A stretch of 64,000 nucleotides of DNA from Microbotryum violaceum (taxonomy: Eukaryota), in contig CDLV01000015.1 in the NCBI GenBank assembly GCA_001244265.2, forward strand, positions 992,001-1,056,000. Reading direction: 5' to 3'. The notes below the pieces were generated by a model. The model was not told the origin of the DNA and did no database searches. It worked only from the letters and a program-made list of their open reading frames with translations. The position numbers and the translations under genes were made by a program. Shown here one piece after another: positions 47,281-61,143 of the stretch (positions are counted from its first letter, which is position 1; each line of letters starts with the position of its first letter).

Positions 47281-48605
47281 CGTCCGACCGAAGCAGCCGG
47301 TTTGCAGAGGGGGGCGAGGAGGAAGAGCTGTGGAGAGGCTCAGCCTAGGACAATCGCAAAGTGAAAGGATCGCAAGAGGATGAGCGCTTTCGAGTCGGTT
47401 GTGTGTTTGCGCACGGAGTGTTTAGCGCGGGGAGCTCGAGTCGGGGGCCAAGCCGCCGGAGCGGATCTGCAGAGCCGCGCGACGACGAGGAGCGCTGAGC
47501 GAAGTGACGACGATCGAACGCGAGCCGAGAGATTGGCGACCGAGATGGTGCAGTGCAATCCGGTTTCAAACGCCCAACCAGGTACTAGGACGCCACTTGG
47601 TGAAGTTTTGTGGCGGCGTGATGCAGAGAGGTGATGTACTCGCGATGGTGTGGGAGGGTAAAAGCTAACGAAACAAGCGGCGTTCGTTCTCGAGATCGCG
47701 GGAAGGCAGGCCACACTGAGCCCGAGCAGAGCCCGAGCGGCGACGGCCCGTTCGTCGGTGGCGCGCCAGCAAGACCGAGCTCAACGGCGGGCGCGCGCGT
47801 GTGGCAAAATCGACAAATTGTACGTAATCGATCGAGTTCAAGAACCGGCCGCCGAAAGATGACTCAGCTGACCTCGATCAAACCACGCGTGGTCCTAGGA
47901 AGAATTTACAGGGGATCTGATGGTACCTACAGCACAGGCTCCGCTCTAAGCGACTGCAGCCCACGCCGAGTCGAAGCTTCCGATTCCGGGCACGTGACCC
48001 TGACTTTCTGTCGAACGGGCCTTCACGTGCAACTTCACTAGATGGGGCTGAGGGGCTTCAAATTTCACTCGACTCGCAATTTTGGGCGCGAAGGAAAACA
48101 GGGTGAAGCATATCTGTCATCGAATGGTACCTACCTAGGTGTTTCCCCTATGTTTTGCGTCGACCTCGAAAGCCCTCGGGCCCAGAGGGACGACTCGGAG
48201 CCGACAAGTTTGACAGTCGTCAGATCGGATTCGGCGACCTTACGCGAGATGACGGGGCTCGACCTCGCGCGTCCGCGTCATTACTGACAGATGCCAGCAG
48301 TTACTAATGCCGCTTGGGTGGGATATCCGTGGAGCGCTAGTCTTTCAAATCCAGGCCCGGGGACGACAGTAGTATTATGGTTGTTGCTCGCCCCACCACT
48401 TCACCTCGGGCGTCGAACTCGGCCACCACACAGGCTCGCGTCGACCGACTTGTAACAGTCAAGTGTCGATATACCGTCATTCCGAGCAATCTGCTCTCTG
48501 CGCACACTCAAAGTCTACGCTCAACCTCGACATTCTGACTGCTCGAATCGTGTGTAGTGCTCAATAGCTGTAGTGCGAACGGGGTGGTGAGCGTCTACCA
48601 GCGCG

Positions 48606-51600
48606 ATGAACCGGCCAGGAGGCTCAAGACGGGGCTCACGGCATGCACAACAGCAGACCAGAGCAGGCCACGAGGTCAGTCAGACTATGCAGCATACCCC
48701 GAGTTCTTCCGCCGTCTCACTCATAGTCTCGTCCTGCTCTATCGATGGCGCCGCCCCCGCTTTTCGAAACGCGCTCGATCACACGTCGTGCCACCCACCT
48801 GCACGCGCCTACATCCATCCATCCACCCGCCAGCTCTCGCAAGCCTATTCGTCCCTCGCAGCTGAGCTGACACAAAAAGAGCTCAAGTCGGTCGGGGGAT
48901 ACACCTTGGGCAGAGTTATTGGCGAAGGTCAGTCTTGTTGCGCCTGTGCACGTGCATGTCACTAACATTGAGAGGTTGGACACCGTGCAGGCTCATTTGG
49001 CAAAGTCAGGATCGGAGTACATCGACTGACCAACACCCGTGTCGCGATCAAGCAAGTGCCCAAGAGCTCGCCTGTCAACGTCAGTTCCCCCTGGACCCGG
49101 ACCGCGTGCGTTTGGTGCTCCCCTGCTCACAGTCACCTCGATTGCACAGTCTTCCGATCGTGGATCAGCAGCCTCGTCTCCGCTGTCACTGTTGACCCGA
49201 GAACTCCACCACCATCGCCGACTGCGCCACCCCCATATCCTGGCCCTGTACGAGATCATCGCGACAGAGTCGTCCATCTACCTCGTCACCGAACTCTGCA
49301 CCGGCGGCGAGTTGTTCGACTACCTCGTCGAGAAGGGCCGTCTCTCAGCCTCGGAAACACGGCGCATATTCGGCCAACTCGTCTTGGGCGTCGCCCATCT
49401 CCATCAATCCGGCGTCGTGCATCGCGATCTCAAGTTGGAGAACGTGCTGCTCGATGAACGCGTCAACGTCAAGATTGCCGACTTGGGCTTTGGCAGAGAG
49501 TTTGAGAAGGGGCGTTGGATGGACACCTGGGTCGGCACACTCGGGTATTGTGCACCCGAGGTCGTCGCTGCCAAGAGATACCACGGCGAAGGTGCGTCTT
49601 GAATTTTGTGAAGCGTGATGTGGATACCTGCGCTAATGCAAGCGCGGAAGAGCACAGAGGTCGACATTTGGTCACTCGGGGTCATTCTCTACACGCTATT
49701 GGCTGGTTCACTACCCTTTGACGATGATGACGAGGGTCTCATGAAGGAGATGATTCTCAAGTGCGAATACGATATCCCAACCTGGCTTGACGAAGGTTCG
49801 TTTCGTCGGCTCGGGCCTTCCTGGGAGATCAACATCTTCCGGACGACTGACAACGATGCCTCACGTGCACAGACGCGATTGATCTCATTCAAAATATCCT
49901 CGTACTCGATCCAATGCGACGATTGACACTCAAAGCGATTCTTGCACACCCTTTCTTCACACGCCCACCACCCCTTAAACTTCCGTCCGAGCCGTCCTAC
50001 CACCATCTATACCATCACGGCCATCGTCGGGACGCATCTCCTCATACCACACGAGATGCTTTCCCTCCTGCAATCCCTGAAGAGGGCAGTGCGACCGAGT
50101 CTCCGCTCGTCGATGAATCGGCGCTCATGGCGAGCACGTCCTCCTCGACCGGGCATGTCAACCTCTCCGCCTCAGAGGTCTCGGCTGACTCATCGTATTT
50201 GTCCATTTCTGGATCTGAGCCCGAACGAACGAGATCCGGTGCGACGACGCCGCTCACTTCGGAAGAAGATGGGCTCGCGGCGCTGCAGGAAACCTTGACG
50301 GCCATGAATGCTCGGAAGGCTGGAAAGCAACGTGCTGTTGACCAGGACTCGTCCGATGAAAATGGAGTGTTGCTGCATCGCAACGCATCGCAGACAACTA
50401 TTTGTAGAAACGCGTCGATGCTCATGGAGGACTCGCAGTCAACGACTTCGGATCCGATCCCGACGCCGACGACGCGCTCGAGCAAGTCGTGTACGACCCC
50501 TCTTTCGACGGCCGATGAGAACGAGTTGACGATTCCCGCTGTACCGAGTTACGCCTCGTTAATTGGATTGTGTGCGCCGCCGCTTCAGCGCAACCTGTCG
50601 GCGTCGTCGAGTGTCTCGTTCGGGAGTCAAACGGGTTCACCGGCGGCCGTGCACTCGAGGACGCCGTCTCGCACGAAACGACGCTCTGTCGGATCGACCT
50701 TCTCCGAGCGCCTGTTCCCACTCGACGAGGAAGCACCGATGCAGCTCGTCAACTATTTTGCGATGTTGTCCGAACCCCATCCGGCGCCACTCACGACGCC
50801 GCAGGAGCAAGCGCTGCTCGACTCGCTGACGACACTCGGCTTCGACACGGGTCAAATAGTGCACTCCATCACGACGCATGCGTGCGACTCGAGCGCGGCG
50901 GTTTACTGGATGTTGAAGCGCAAAGCCGACGAGAGGGAACGCGAGAAGCTCGAGTCCGAAGCTGCGGCACCTGTCGCGAGTAGTCCGGCCTCACTTCCGC
51001 GGTCTCTGACGTCTTCGATCCGACGAGTACCATCCACCGATGTCATCGACGAAGTCGCTGGCGCAGACTCCGCAACTACGCCGCCAGCTCCCACATTCGT
51101 CAGTCCAACTACTTCCAGTCAACGGACAGGGACTCCCGAGAACGGACCACCGCAAGGTGAGGCGCCACAAACACCCGATGAGCGAGCCCAGGAGCGACTG
51201 TCGTACTTTCTGCACCAGACGCCGCTCTCGTCCTTGAGTCTCGCATCCTTCGACTACTTTCCTCCGGCCGGGACGAACCCCTCTCCGCAGAGGCGAGTTG
51301 TGCACTCCAAGTCGCACGAACGGAATCTGCTCGCAGACTCGGTCGAATCGAAGGGAACGTCAAGGTCGCCATCCCCTCCTCGCGTTCACGTTCCGACGGC
51401 GAGTCCACCGCCAATGGTCGGGCGTACGCAATCGGCCACCAACGAGACGACGACAGTGGCCTCGCCCGATTGGTCGAAAACGAAGCGACAGCGCTCCTCC
51501 TCGACGACAATGCTCCTTGCCCGAGCGACATCTGCAATCGGTCTCAAAAAGTCCACGAACGAAAGCGGTCCCAACGATGAAGAGGACCGTTCGGACTCGC

Positions 51601-53381
51601 CTGCTGGGTCGACCAAGTCGCCGGGCAGCTTCTTCGGTCGCAAAGGATCGTTGCCCTCGGAGGAAATGATGACGCCGGGGGCAGGCACGCCTTCAAAATC
51701 GGCACCTTCGTCTCCACGTCGAGCATCCGCCGGCAATTCGCTCAGTACTCCATCGTTGTCGTCGATCATGGCGTCGTCGACTTCGGCACTCGAGGCAGGA
51801 GGCGGATCGACCGGCGCAGCACTCCAGGAGGTGACTTTGGATCCCGGCTCGAGCACGATGGTCCATTCGAATTCGCACGAGACCTTTTCGACTGTGACGA
51901 GCGCAGCTGCAACGGGTGAGGATGGCTCGATCCATGATCTCGACCGGAGCACTTCGCACACGGCGGCGACGAAGGCGGCGGGGAAGAAGAAAGGCGCGAA
52001 AGCTGGCAACCTCTTCTCGAACCTTCGCCTGTGGTTCGGTGATGATCGACGAAAGGCTACTGCAACAAAACGCGGAATGCCGTTGGGCCGAGTAGATTCG
52101 GTTGCGTCGACGCTGAGTCGCAGTTGCTCGAGGAGGAGCGCGCTGGGGTCGCCGCCAATCACTCGGAGTGCGATGGACGGCCGATCGAGTTCGGGCGAGT
52201 ACTATCGGCTCAACTTCGGTTCTACTGGCGGGACGATCTCGAGACGCTCGTCGGTTTCGTCTGTGAACCGCTCAGGTTCGATGAACCAGTCCTCGAGTCT
52301 CGTACATCGCAAGCGACTTTCCGATACGAGCATCGCGACGAGCGAACCCAGGTCGAGGCCCGGTTCGGTCAGGTCGTATTCATATGATGGTAGTCGACGA
52401 GTTCGTGATCGCCGAAGGTCGTCCTTGTCGAGTCACGGAATATCGCCCAAGGATGTTGCCAAACATCAGCCTATCACTACAACCGTCCATCGCTCGAGAT
52501 CGCGCGCAAACAGCCATCACCATCACCACGGGCATACCACGGGCACACATTCGCGAACCCGCTCGATATCGAGTGTCAACACAAGGCATTCGAGCTCGTC
52601 CTCGATCGGCGGCGACGACGTCGATGTCGGTGAGGGTGTCGAGGAGCCTTCCAAAGGCAAAGAGCCGATCATCGAAGAGGACGAATCGAACATCAATGAC
52701 CTGGACTCGTCTTCGGGAGATGCCACTGCTACCGTTGGTCCTGGAGCCGATGAAGCAACCGAGGAAGAACGTCGATCGAACGAGCGTAACCGGGCGCTGC
52801 GGCTCTTGTCCGGCGATACGAAGCGGCGTTCGACGGGTGAGGTCTCGGTTGCAAACTCGATCTCGCCTCGCGTTTCCCTTGAGAGCACTCGGCCTCATAC
52901 CCCGACTCGGTTCACAGCCCATCGTACGACGCATCTATTTGGTGCGCCTTCGCAGCCCGCTGCTACCAAGTCAAAATCGCACGAGAGCGCCGCGCCTCAT
53001 GCGCAGCAATCCTCGTCGGTGTCGATACTTCCGCGGCGACCTCCGATTCGCGACGTCTTTGTCTGGAAGGAAGGCGAGGAATGGGAGGACGAGGACGACG
53101 AGCCATCGGGTGGGTTCGGACAAGCGCCCTCGTCTCGATTGGCGAACGACAATAGCAAGATGGCGATTGGGACTGGGGTCGCACGTTCGCCTTCGCTTGG
53201 TGGACCCGGGTTGGCGGAGATGCGCAAGTTTGCTGATTTGCCTGCTGCCCGACCTGGCATGACGGCAGAGCAAGGTGGTGCTGCTAGTGGTGGCACAGTG
53301 GGTGGAGGGAGGCAACCGTATTGGCGACGACCGGCGGGAGCGGCTCCGGTTATGATCGAGGAGGAGGAGGAAGAGGATTAG
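48606..53381 (+). CDS. CAMKL/MARK-type Ser/Thr protein kinase with UBA-like segment and long disordered tail (multi-exon)
   Basis: YTLGRVIGEGSFGKV, VAIK, HRDLKLEN, DLGF, GTLGYCAPE, DIWSLGVILY; LTTLGFDTGQIVHSI..YWML UBA-like; 1155-aa terminal ORF. Confidence 0.92.
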
Positions 53382-53605
53382 CTTCTATTTTCACTATGGT
53401 TCGGGTGAACGCGTCCTCTTTTCAGTCACTCTTGTATACTCCAATCTTTGCAGGATGTTTTCCACTTTTGATTTCAGTACCCTTGTTCGCAGTTCTTTTA
53501 CGCATCGATCGTATCGTTTCTGCATCTGGTTTTTGAGGTGATCGAGAAGAGAAGAAGCCCAGGCCGTGAGCTCGAAACGCCAAGCTGGCGAGTCGATGAG
53601 CATGA

Positions 53606-56165
53606 TTACCCTAACTAGTTACCCTAATTAGTAAAAAAGAAGTGTGAGTTAAGGAATGTACCTAAAATCGCTGTTTTTAACTAGGTTGGGGCCCTCCGGG
53701 CCGCCTGTGGTGGATGTACCAGCATACTGTTGTGTCTGCCGCACCTGCCTGTGGTGTCGGGGTTCCGATCAGAAGTCATGTACAAGCCCTGTGGTGACTT
53801 TTGTATTTTCCCCGCCGTTCCAACGAAGCTACAGCGCTCCCAGTATTTTCCTTTTTTTTTTCTCTGACATAAAACAATGCTTCCACTCATATGGTATTTA
53901 ATGAACCGCAAGCGCGTGGCTTTGCATGATATTGCTTCTACAGCGGAGCTCTGCCTGACGCGCGAGGCGAGGGCTGGCATTTGTCACGTGATGCGGTGCG
54001 CCGGCGGTGTCAGTGTCATTCCGGCAGTCGACCAGCGGCATTAGGGGCTGAACAACCAATTTGCCCGTATGGCATTCGACCAGCGGCATTAGGGGCTGAA
54101 CAACGAATCAAACCACGTAAATAATCCTGCGCCACTGCCTCGAACCTTTCCTTTCTCCCTCTCACTCTCATCCAATTTTAGTGGCACTCATTTAAGAACA
54201 AACCCTCGCTGCTATGTCCCGGTCCCAAGGTCGCCAGGGAGGGCCATCGCAACCTCGCCAAGTTCTTGGGCGCGAGGGTGGCAGCGTACCATGGGCCAGC
54301 TCGAGCGGCCGCTGCTGGGCGTCCCGCGGCTCGACCCTCCTCTTCGTCCCGCTCCGATCAACAGAATCAGCCCCCCGGCGTGTCATGACAACAATTCAAC
54401 CGATCTTGGCATTGCGACACGTATACGAGCCCGCCGTGCAGCTGTACAGAATGGACAGCGTGGTCAGCGCGATGGCCAACTCGACGCTGGGCTCGCCCCA
54501 CCACCACCTCCGCAAAGGCGAGTGCGCCGGGCTCGAATCGCGCTCAAACCCCTCAAGCCCCACGTTTTCGCAGGGCAAGGTGCGGCTACCTCCCCCTCCC
54601 CAGCCCAATCTCGAGTATCGGCAGCTTCTTCAAGGCTCGGATAGCGGTCAGTTGCTCCGTCCAACAACATTCGTCTGCAGTAGACCCACATGCTGAATTG
54701 TGCGATGCACCTACACAGACGCTAAAGCATTCCGCGAGAATGCCCGGTCTTACAACAACGCATTGTCGTTCACTTCGCTCGCTGCCCTCTGGGACCAAAC
54801 TCAAGTAGGCACGCTAGGACCTCCCGTGTTTCGCGTGTTCGGCCGCCTCTTATGATCGACTCGGTGCCGGCCGAGGCCACCAACACACGACTTCAAGGAC
54901 CCGACAGCGCAGAGACTCGCATTAAAAGATCAACGCTGACCAAGCTCGAGTCCATGTTGCGTACCAAGAATCACTTTGTGAGGGAGTTGGCATCGGCCAA
55001 ACCTCGCGCAGGTTGGGATACGGCCAAAGAGTGGGTCCTGCGCCTCTGCCTCCCGCCAAGCCGGGACCGACGCACCCACAACCCTCCTACGTCGAGCACG
55101 GAAATGGCGATGCTTATCTGCGATTCCGACACCAACACGGGAGATCGTGGACCGCAAGACCTTATTCTCCAGGTGCACGGTGATCGATGTCCCGGTGTTC
55201 GGCCCAAGTACCAAATCGTTAGCTCGCTCTATCCGTCTGCGATGCCTCTCCGTTACCCACTACTTTTTCCTCCATGGAAAGATGGCTTCCACCCCAACAT
55301 TCCTCTTTGCGGGGTTCCATCAAGCCAGGCCGCCAATCGCCAGAAACTGAGAGCAGATCGACAATGGTGTCCAATTGCGCGAGGTACTTGCCGGTCTCGG
55401 TCTGGATGACAAAGACGAACAGGAGGACGAAGACCGCGACAATGAGGATGAAGACGGCGAGGAAGGGGACGAAGAGGATGGTGATGGCGAACGTACGCGT
55501 CTTCGGCTCTTTCTCTGATGTTCCATTCTGCCGAAGGCGCAAGCACGGACTGACATTGAACTTTTGAACACCTAGGACGAAGGTTAAGTAAAGGGGTCGA
55601 GGTGGCGAGTCTCGCGTTCACAATTCTTTGCGCACTACTTGCCAAACGCGACGAGCACTTCTCAATCCCGCATTGCACCCAACGTCCCTTCCTGGAGTTC
55701 GTGAATTACGGATGTACTCCCAAGTCAAGACCGATTGACTCAACACATCCGGTTACATCAAGAGAACCTACGCCTCACCACGACCCAAGGCATCAACGGC
55801 TTGACCCCGAACCAAATTGCGACATCACGCAGCGATACCAGGATGCGATGGCGTGCGTTGTCAAACATGGAAAGCCTCCGCTGCTCATCACGATGACGTA
55901 CGACCCCAACTCACCGGAAATCAAGGCTGCACTGGGGCCGATAAAGCATGCAACCGTCCGGATCTCATTGCACGAGTGTTTGAAGCCAAGTCCGGCAACA
56001 AGCGACATGCAGGCTGTTTCGGCAATGAATGTAAGGTGAATGGATTTTGTTTCCTTGCTGTATTTCGTATTGTCTTAACCTCTGCGCTGGGATCATGTAG
56101 ACTGTTCGATTATCCTGCTATTTTTTGAATTACATCCTCCCGTTAATTTAACGGGTTCCCACTGG
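53606..56165 (+). mobile_element. Internally deleted Helitron, copy 2
   Basis: Colinear with 14676-17189; same TTACCCTAACTAG start, hairpin 56139-56155 and CTGG end; A|T insertion site. Confidence 0.93.
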
Positions 56166-56617
56166 TCTTTGAAGCGAACATGAGCATAGACGAGGTATGT
56201 ACTTGCTAGAGCATCGACGGTGTCGCCCGGGTTCGCTCGGGGCGACGCAGCGTGAAAGGGCGAACGTGGAGATGACCGATTGAATCGGGCGTCGATCAAT
56301 GCGCTAACGTAAACTGATCGACCGACAGACCTGCGACCCTTGACGATCCCCGATTGGCCGGCCACGGGTGCGCGCTCTTTGTCCGTGGCTCGGTCAGGGC
56401 GAGCGCCGGCGGGCGCGTGGCGAGCCCGTGACCGAGCGCTGCTTCCAGCTGGTTCGTGCTGGTTCGTGCGGGTTCCTCGTGATTCGTCGACATCGAGGCC
56501 GGACTCTCGAGTCGCCTTCTCCATCCGTCCTCTCGTTTGCCATCGCACGTTCGCCGCCTCGCATCGCATCGCATCGCACGAGTGTTCATCCTCCCACCCT
56601 TACCCGAACGCTCTCCC

Positions 56618-58976
56618 ATGCCGTCCGGCGTGGTTGATGATGACTCGTCGTACGTGGTCGGCGGCGAGTTTGACTCGTTCGACTCGTTCGACTCGTTCGA
56701 CGACGAGCTCGAGCGCTTCTGTCTGGTCTGCGAAAGGCGCGTCGACTCGGCCGCGCCACCGCAGCCACCGATAGCCGCCGCGCCCAATCCGACCAAGCCA
56801 CGACAGCGGCCTTCGCCTCAGGGATCACGACATACTTCGAACAATTCGACCACAACGCTCAAGTCAGAGAGGTTGAAGGCCTTGCCACCCGAAGCAGCCG
56901 CCGTCCTCGCCGTCGTCGCGGCCAAGCATCAGCAACAGCAGCAGCATCAGCAGCATCAGCATCAGCAGCATCAGCAACCGACCACGACAGGGGGCGCCAC
57001 GAGATCGCAACACCATCCGACCGCGCCAACGATGAAGCGCAACAAGAGTGCATCCAAGTTGCATGGCCATTCGAGGAACAAGAGTTACACCAGTCTCGCA
57101 CCGAATACCAAGATTCACGCGCTCACTGCCCGAGATGCAACAGCAACAGCAGCAGCACCCCACCACGAGCCCGTTCTGCCCGCCGCCGCGACAACGAGCC
57201 ACGCTCCGAGGCGGTCATCAGCACAACAATCAGTCAATGACAGTGATGACGCCTACGAAGAGGTTTCAAATGATGGCGACGAAGTCGCCCCATTGTCGGC
57301 ACTGTATTGTTCGGAGGAATGCCGGCGCGTCGACGAACTCAGAGGACAAGCGACGACGACGCCCTCTCCACAACTCGTCGCTGTACTATCGACCTTCAGC
57401 GAGCAGTCGCGTCGATTCGGGTCATCATCCAGTCTAGCATATTCATCGACCCACTCGCTCACGAACACCTTTTTCCCCGCTTCGGCCAAATCCCCCGTCT
57501 TTGACCCGAGGCGATCGAGCAGCGAGAGCGTGCCTTCACCGTTTGAGCTCGACTTTAGTGCGGCACGGCGGCGAAACTCAAGAGGAGCCGAGACGGGCGG
57601 CTACAGCTATCGACCGAGCTTGATGCAACGCATGCCGAGTAGTGATGGCGATTCGGCAGAAAGGTTGCAGTTCGCGGCCGGTTCGCGGAACAAGAGTTCG
57701 GCCAGCTTGTCGTCGATGGATTCGGAAAGGGGAGCACTGATTCCTCGTGAGTGTTACTTGATTATCTCAGATACCCGAACGTCGACTTCGTTCTGACTTG
57801 GTAGTAGTCCTTCCAGATCGCTCGAGCTCGGCCCTGTCGTCGCTTCGACTCACGCAGATCTCGTCCTCGCCGACTCGTCCTCTGCATCGACCGTCGTGCA
57901 GTACACGACATCACTCCGACACAACGCAGTTACCTTCTTTCAACGAGTCGCCCTCGTTCAACGGTGAAACTAAGGACAAGGTGTCGGGTTACGTTGCGGG
58001 AATGCGCATCTCATCGGCACCCAAGTCACGCCGATCCCAAAGTGCTCTGACCGGTCAGCTCGGTCGCAGCGTTCCCACACGATCTAGTCTACTTGCACCT
58101 CGCGATGAGGCCGATGTCGCGTTTCCGAGCTCATCGATCACGATATCGCAAGCGCCGATGCGATCCAACTCGTTCGCTTCACTCGCCTTGATGAGCTCTT
58201 CCCTTGGGCACGATTTTCGCGCGCCGCAAGCCTTTTCACAACACTCGCGGAGCGCCTCGACGGCAAGTCTCTCGGGATCGACCGCGACGGGTCTCATCTT
58301 GGGCACCGCGGAGACGGTATCAACCTCGACGATATTGCCGACGCCGAAGCGGAGAACAACATCACGGCATCGACTGTCGATTGGTAGTGGGGGAGCCGCT
58401 TCACCACCACTTTCGTCGCCTTCAGCGTCGTCTAATGGGTTCTCTTCGACGGGGAGTCCGAATAGGCCTGCGTTGACGAGCTCGAGTTACACCAGCTCGA
58501 ATGGATCGGCGGGTTTAGGTGTTGCTGGAACGGGTGGACCGATGAGAGGACGGACTATGGCGAATTTGAGCATGACGCGGTCGTTGTCGTCGCTCATGCA
58601 TGAAGCCGATCAGGATGGCTATTTCCCTTCCGAATCGGATCAGACCCCAATACAATCGTACCGGACACAAAGACCAAACTCGACGAAGGGGACAAGTCGA
58701 TCGAGATCGAGGGCCCGAGTGTCGGTCGTTGAGAATGGGGCGCCACCACCACCAAAAATGAGCGCCGCGCCGAATGGGACGACGGGCGGCCTCATGCCCG
58801 CACTGACGTCGACGCCGCTGAGGAAGAACTTTTCCTGGCAGGACGTTGGCGTGGCAACCTATGCTGCCTTGGACCTTTCAAATCGTGATGGACGGAGTGT
58901 GGAGGCTGGGGTGCAAAATGGGGAAGCGACGGTCCGGAAGCCGAAGCCGAAGTTGTTCCATTTCCCCGACGAGTAG
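56618..58976 (+). CDS. Ecl1-like (life-span regulatory factor domain) Ser-rich protein; one intron about 57747-57816
   Basis: FCLVCER...LYCSEECRRVD split Cys4 motif; two long ORFs joined by GTGAGT...TTCCAG; ends KLFHF. Confidence 0.72.
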
Positions 58977-59386
58977 GCACGAGCCGATCTTACGAAATCT
59001 TCGTTTCCAGGTTTTTCTCTCTTATGGACGCTCGCATATCAGCATCATCATCATCATCGCGTTGCCCCTTTCTGAATTTGTTCATTATCTGTGCACGTTT
59101 CGTCTTTTATGCTCCCTTTCTTGCCTCACTTAACCGTGTCTGTCGTCACCATAACCCCTCTCGCTTGCAAGCATCAGTTCGTCGCACTTTTATTATTATT
59201 TTAATTTCCTTAGTTGCTTGAGCATGCATTGCAATGTTCTTGATTGGATCGATGTTGTGCTAGTTAAGAACGCTATTGCATTGGAAATCGGCGCAGCGAT
59301 TCCGAATGTGTTTCAAATCGCTGTGGGATCGCGCGCCACGATTTCAAACGCATTTGGGATCGCGCGCCGCGATTTGATATCGGATC

Positions 59387-59989
59387 GATTGCATCTTGAA
59401 TGCCGTGCTAAACATCTTGGAGAACACGAACCTCACCCGTCTGGCAATCTCCTCCCCCACTGGTGACTTGGACCCGTACGACGCAATTCAGGACCCACAC
59501 TCGCTTACGTCTGACGATTCAATTCCCTGTAGGCAGCGGCAAGACGGTCATGTTCACCGCACTTGTCCTTCGAGTCGGCGCCTCCCGCCCAGAAATCTCA
59601 GCGACTCTCCCCGAGTTGTCGTCACGTTCTCATCGTGGTCGGAGATATTTACCTCGTTCACCAAACGGCATAGACGGTGAAGCGCTTTCTTCTTCAGAAT
59701 GCTGTACGTTCCTCGGCAGGTAAGGAAGCGGTGCTCCCTTGGAAAAATCTGGCGATCGCTGATCGATCGAGAAACTTGATAAAATGTTAGTGTCGTAATC
59801 GAGCAAGGGGAACTCCATACGAGTGGTTGCGCCGACATCACCATTGCGTCCAGCCAGGTGCGTCAAGTTGAGCCGCGAATCGAGAACCTGAAGAAAGGCC
59901 GGCGTGGTGATAGTTCGTGATCACAGAGCTTGGAAAAACGACTCGACAGCTATGATCCGTCAACATTCAAGGCCGTGATCATTGACGAG
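59387..59989 (+). pseudogene. N-terminal fragment of an IRC3-like superfamily-2 helicase
   Basis: RLAISSPTG|intron|SGKTVMFTAL (motif I), IEQG..ADITIAS, YDPSTFKAVIIDE (motif II start); frameshifts; no downstream motifs seen. Confidence 0.65.
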
Positions 59990-61143
59990 GTGTGAGAGTG
60001 ACCCACTCTGTTTCCATCTCCAAGTTGGCTTTGCCTTGATGTGAAATGTGAATCTACCACCTGACCGGTCCATCTTGAATCTGCCTTGAGGGCTTTGCCT
60101 CGAGGAATTCGCTTCGCGAGAAGACTTCGATCGGCGCTCGCGTTTCACATCGACTGGGCCTAGACGTCGACTCGGCAATGGTAGGTAATAGCATCAGCAG
60201 TTATCGCACCAACTAAACGCGTACGCCAAACGTTAGACCTTAACCGGTGTTGACTCCGTCTAGTGTAGCTGCGGTGGGTTCGGGTGACCTTAATCACGTG
60301 CTGGGAAATGAGACAGGAGGTGACTCGCTTCACTACGGTCCACGCCTCGCCCTTTCTCCTTGTGGCGGCAGAGCTCGTTTCCGCTTGTCGTCCGTCACCA
60401 TCCTCCGAGTTGCGTCAAAATTACCTTCTGGCGAGCGATGGTATCTGCGTCGACTCACCTTAACGCTTGGAGGACCCTCGTGAAGAGCACCGACCGCGCT
60501 TTAACCTGGCCGCCTAGTCATTGCCCTCGCGCGCTCAGTCCTTGCCGCCGGCCGGACTCCTGGTCGACATGATCGGCTGGTGACTTCATCACCAGGAGTG
60601 ATGGCGATCCCTTCCCAGAAACCGATGTTGTTCAGCTTAAGTTATGAAAACATGTACTCATTTGTTCCTCGGAGGAGGAGCAAAGTCTTTGTCGCTTTTA
60701 GTACTACTGGACCTAGAATAAGCTATTAGTGTGCTAGAGATCAGAGCATCTCTGGATAAGGGGGGGCTTCGTCAGCTAAGTTGCCCTTCGGCGTGCGAAG
60801 ATCACCCTCCCACTTATCACTGGGGTTCCAATCTTCAAGCTCCGGAAGTCTAATCAAAACTTTTATTCTAGTTAATTGTCTGCCTCATAGAATTCCGCCT
60901 ACTAATATTCAATTGTTTCTGATGAAAGGACCCAGAAGCGCAAGCACCTCAGAGGTTTGTCCTTTGACAACGAAACAGTTGCATTGTCATTCACCGACTC
61001 CATTCGTCAAGACGACTACCCACTTCAGGCTTATAATTCAGGCACTAAATAAATTACTCACAGCGCACAGCCCGGATACAATCTAGTATTCTATTCTTTA
61101 AAGAAATATTGAAACACGTTCTCATTCCCGCCATCAGGCTGCT

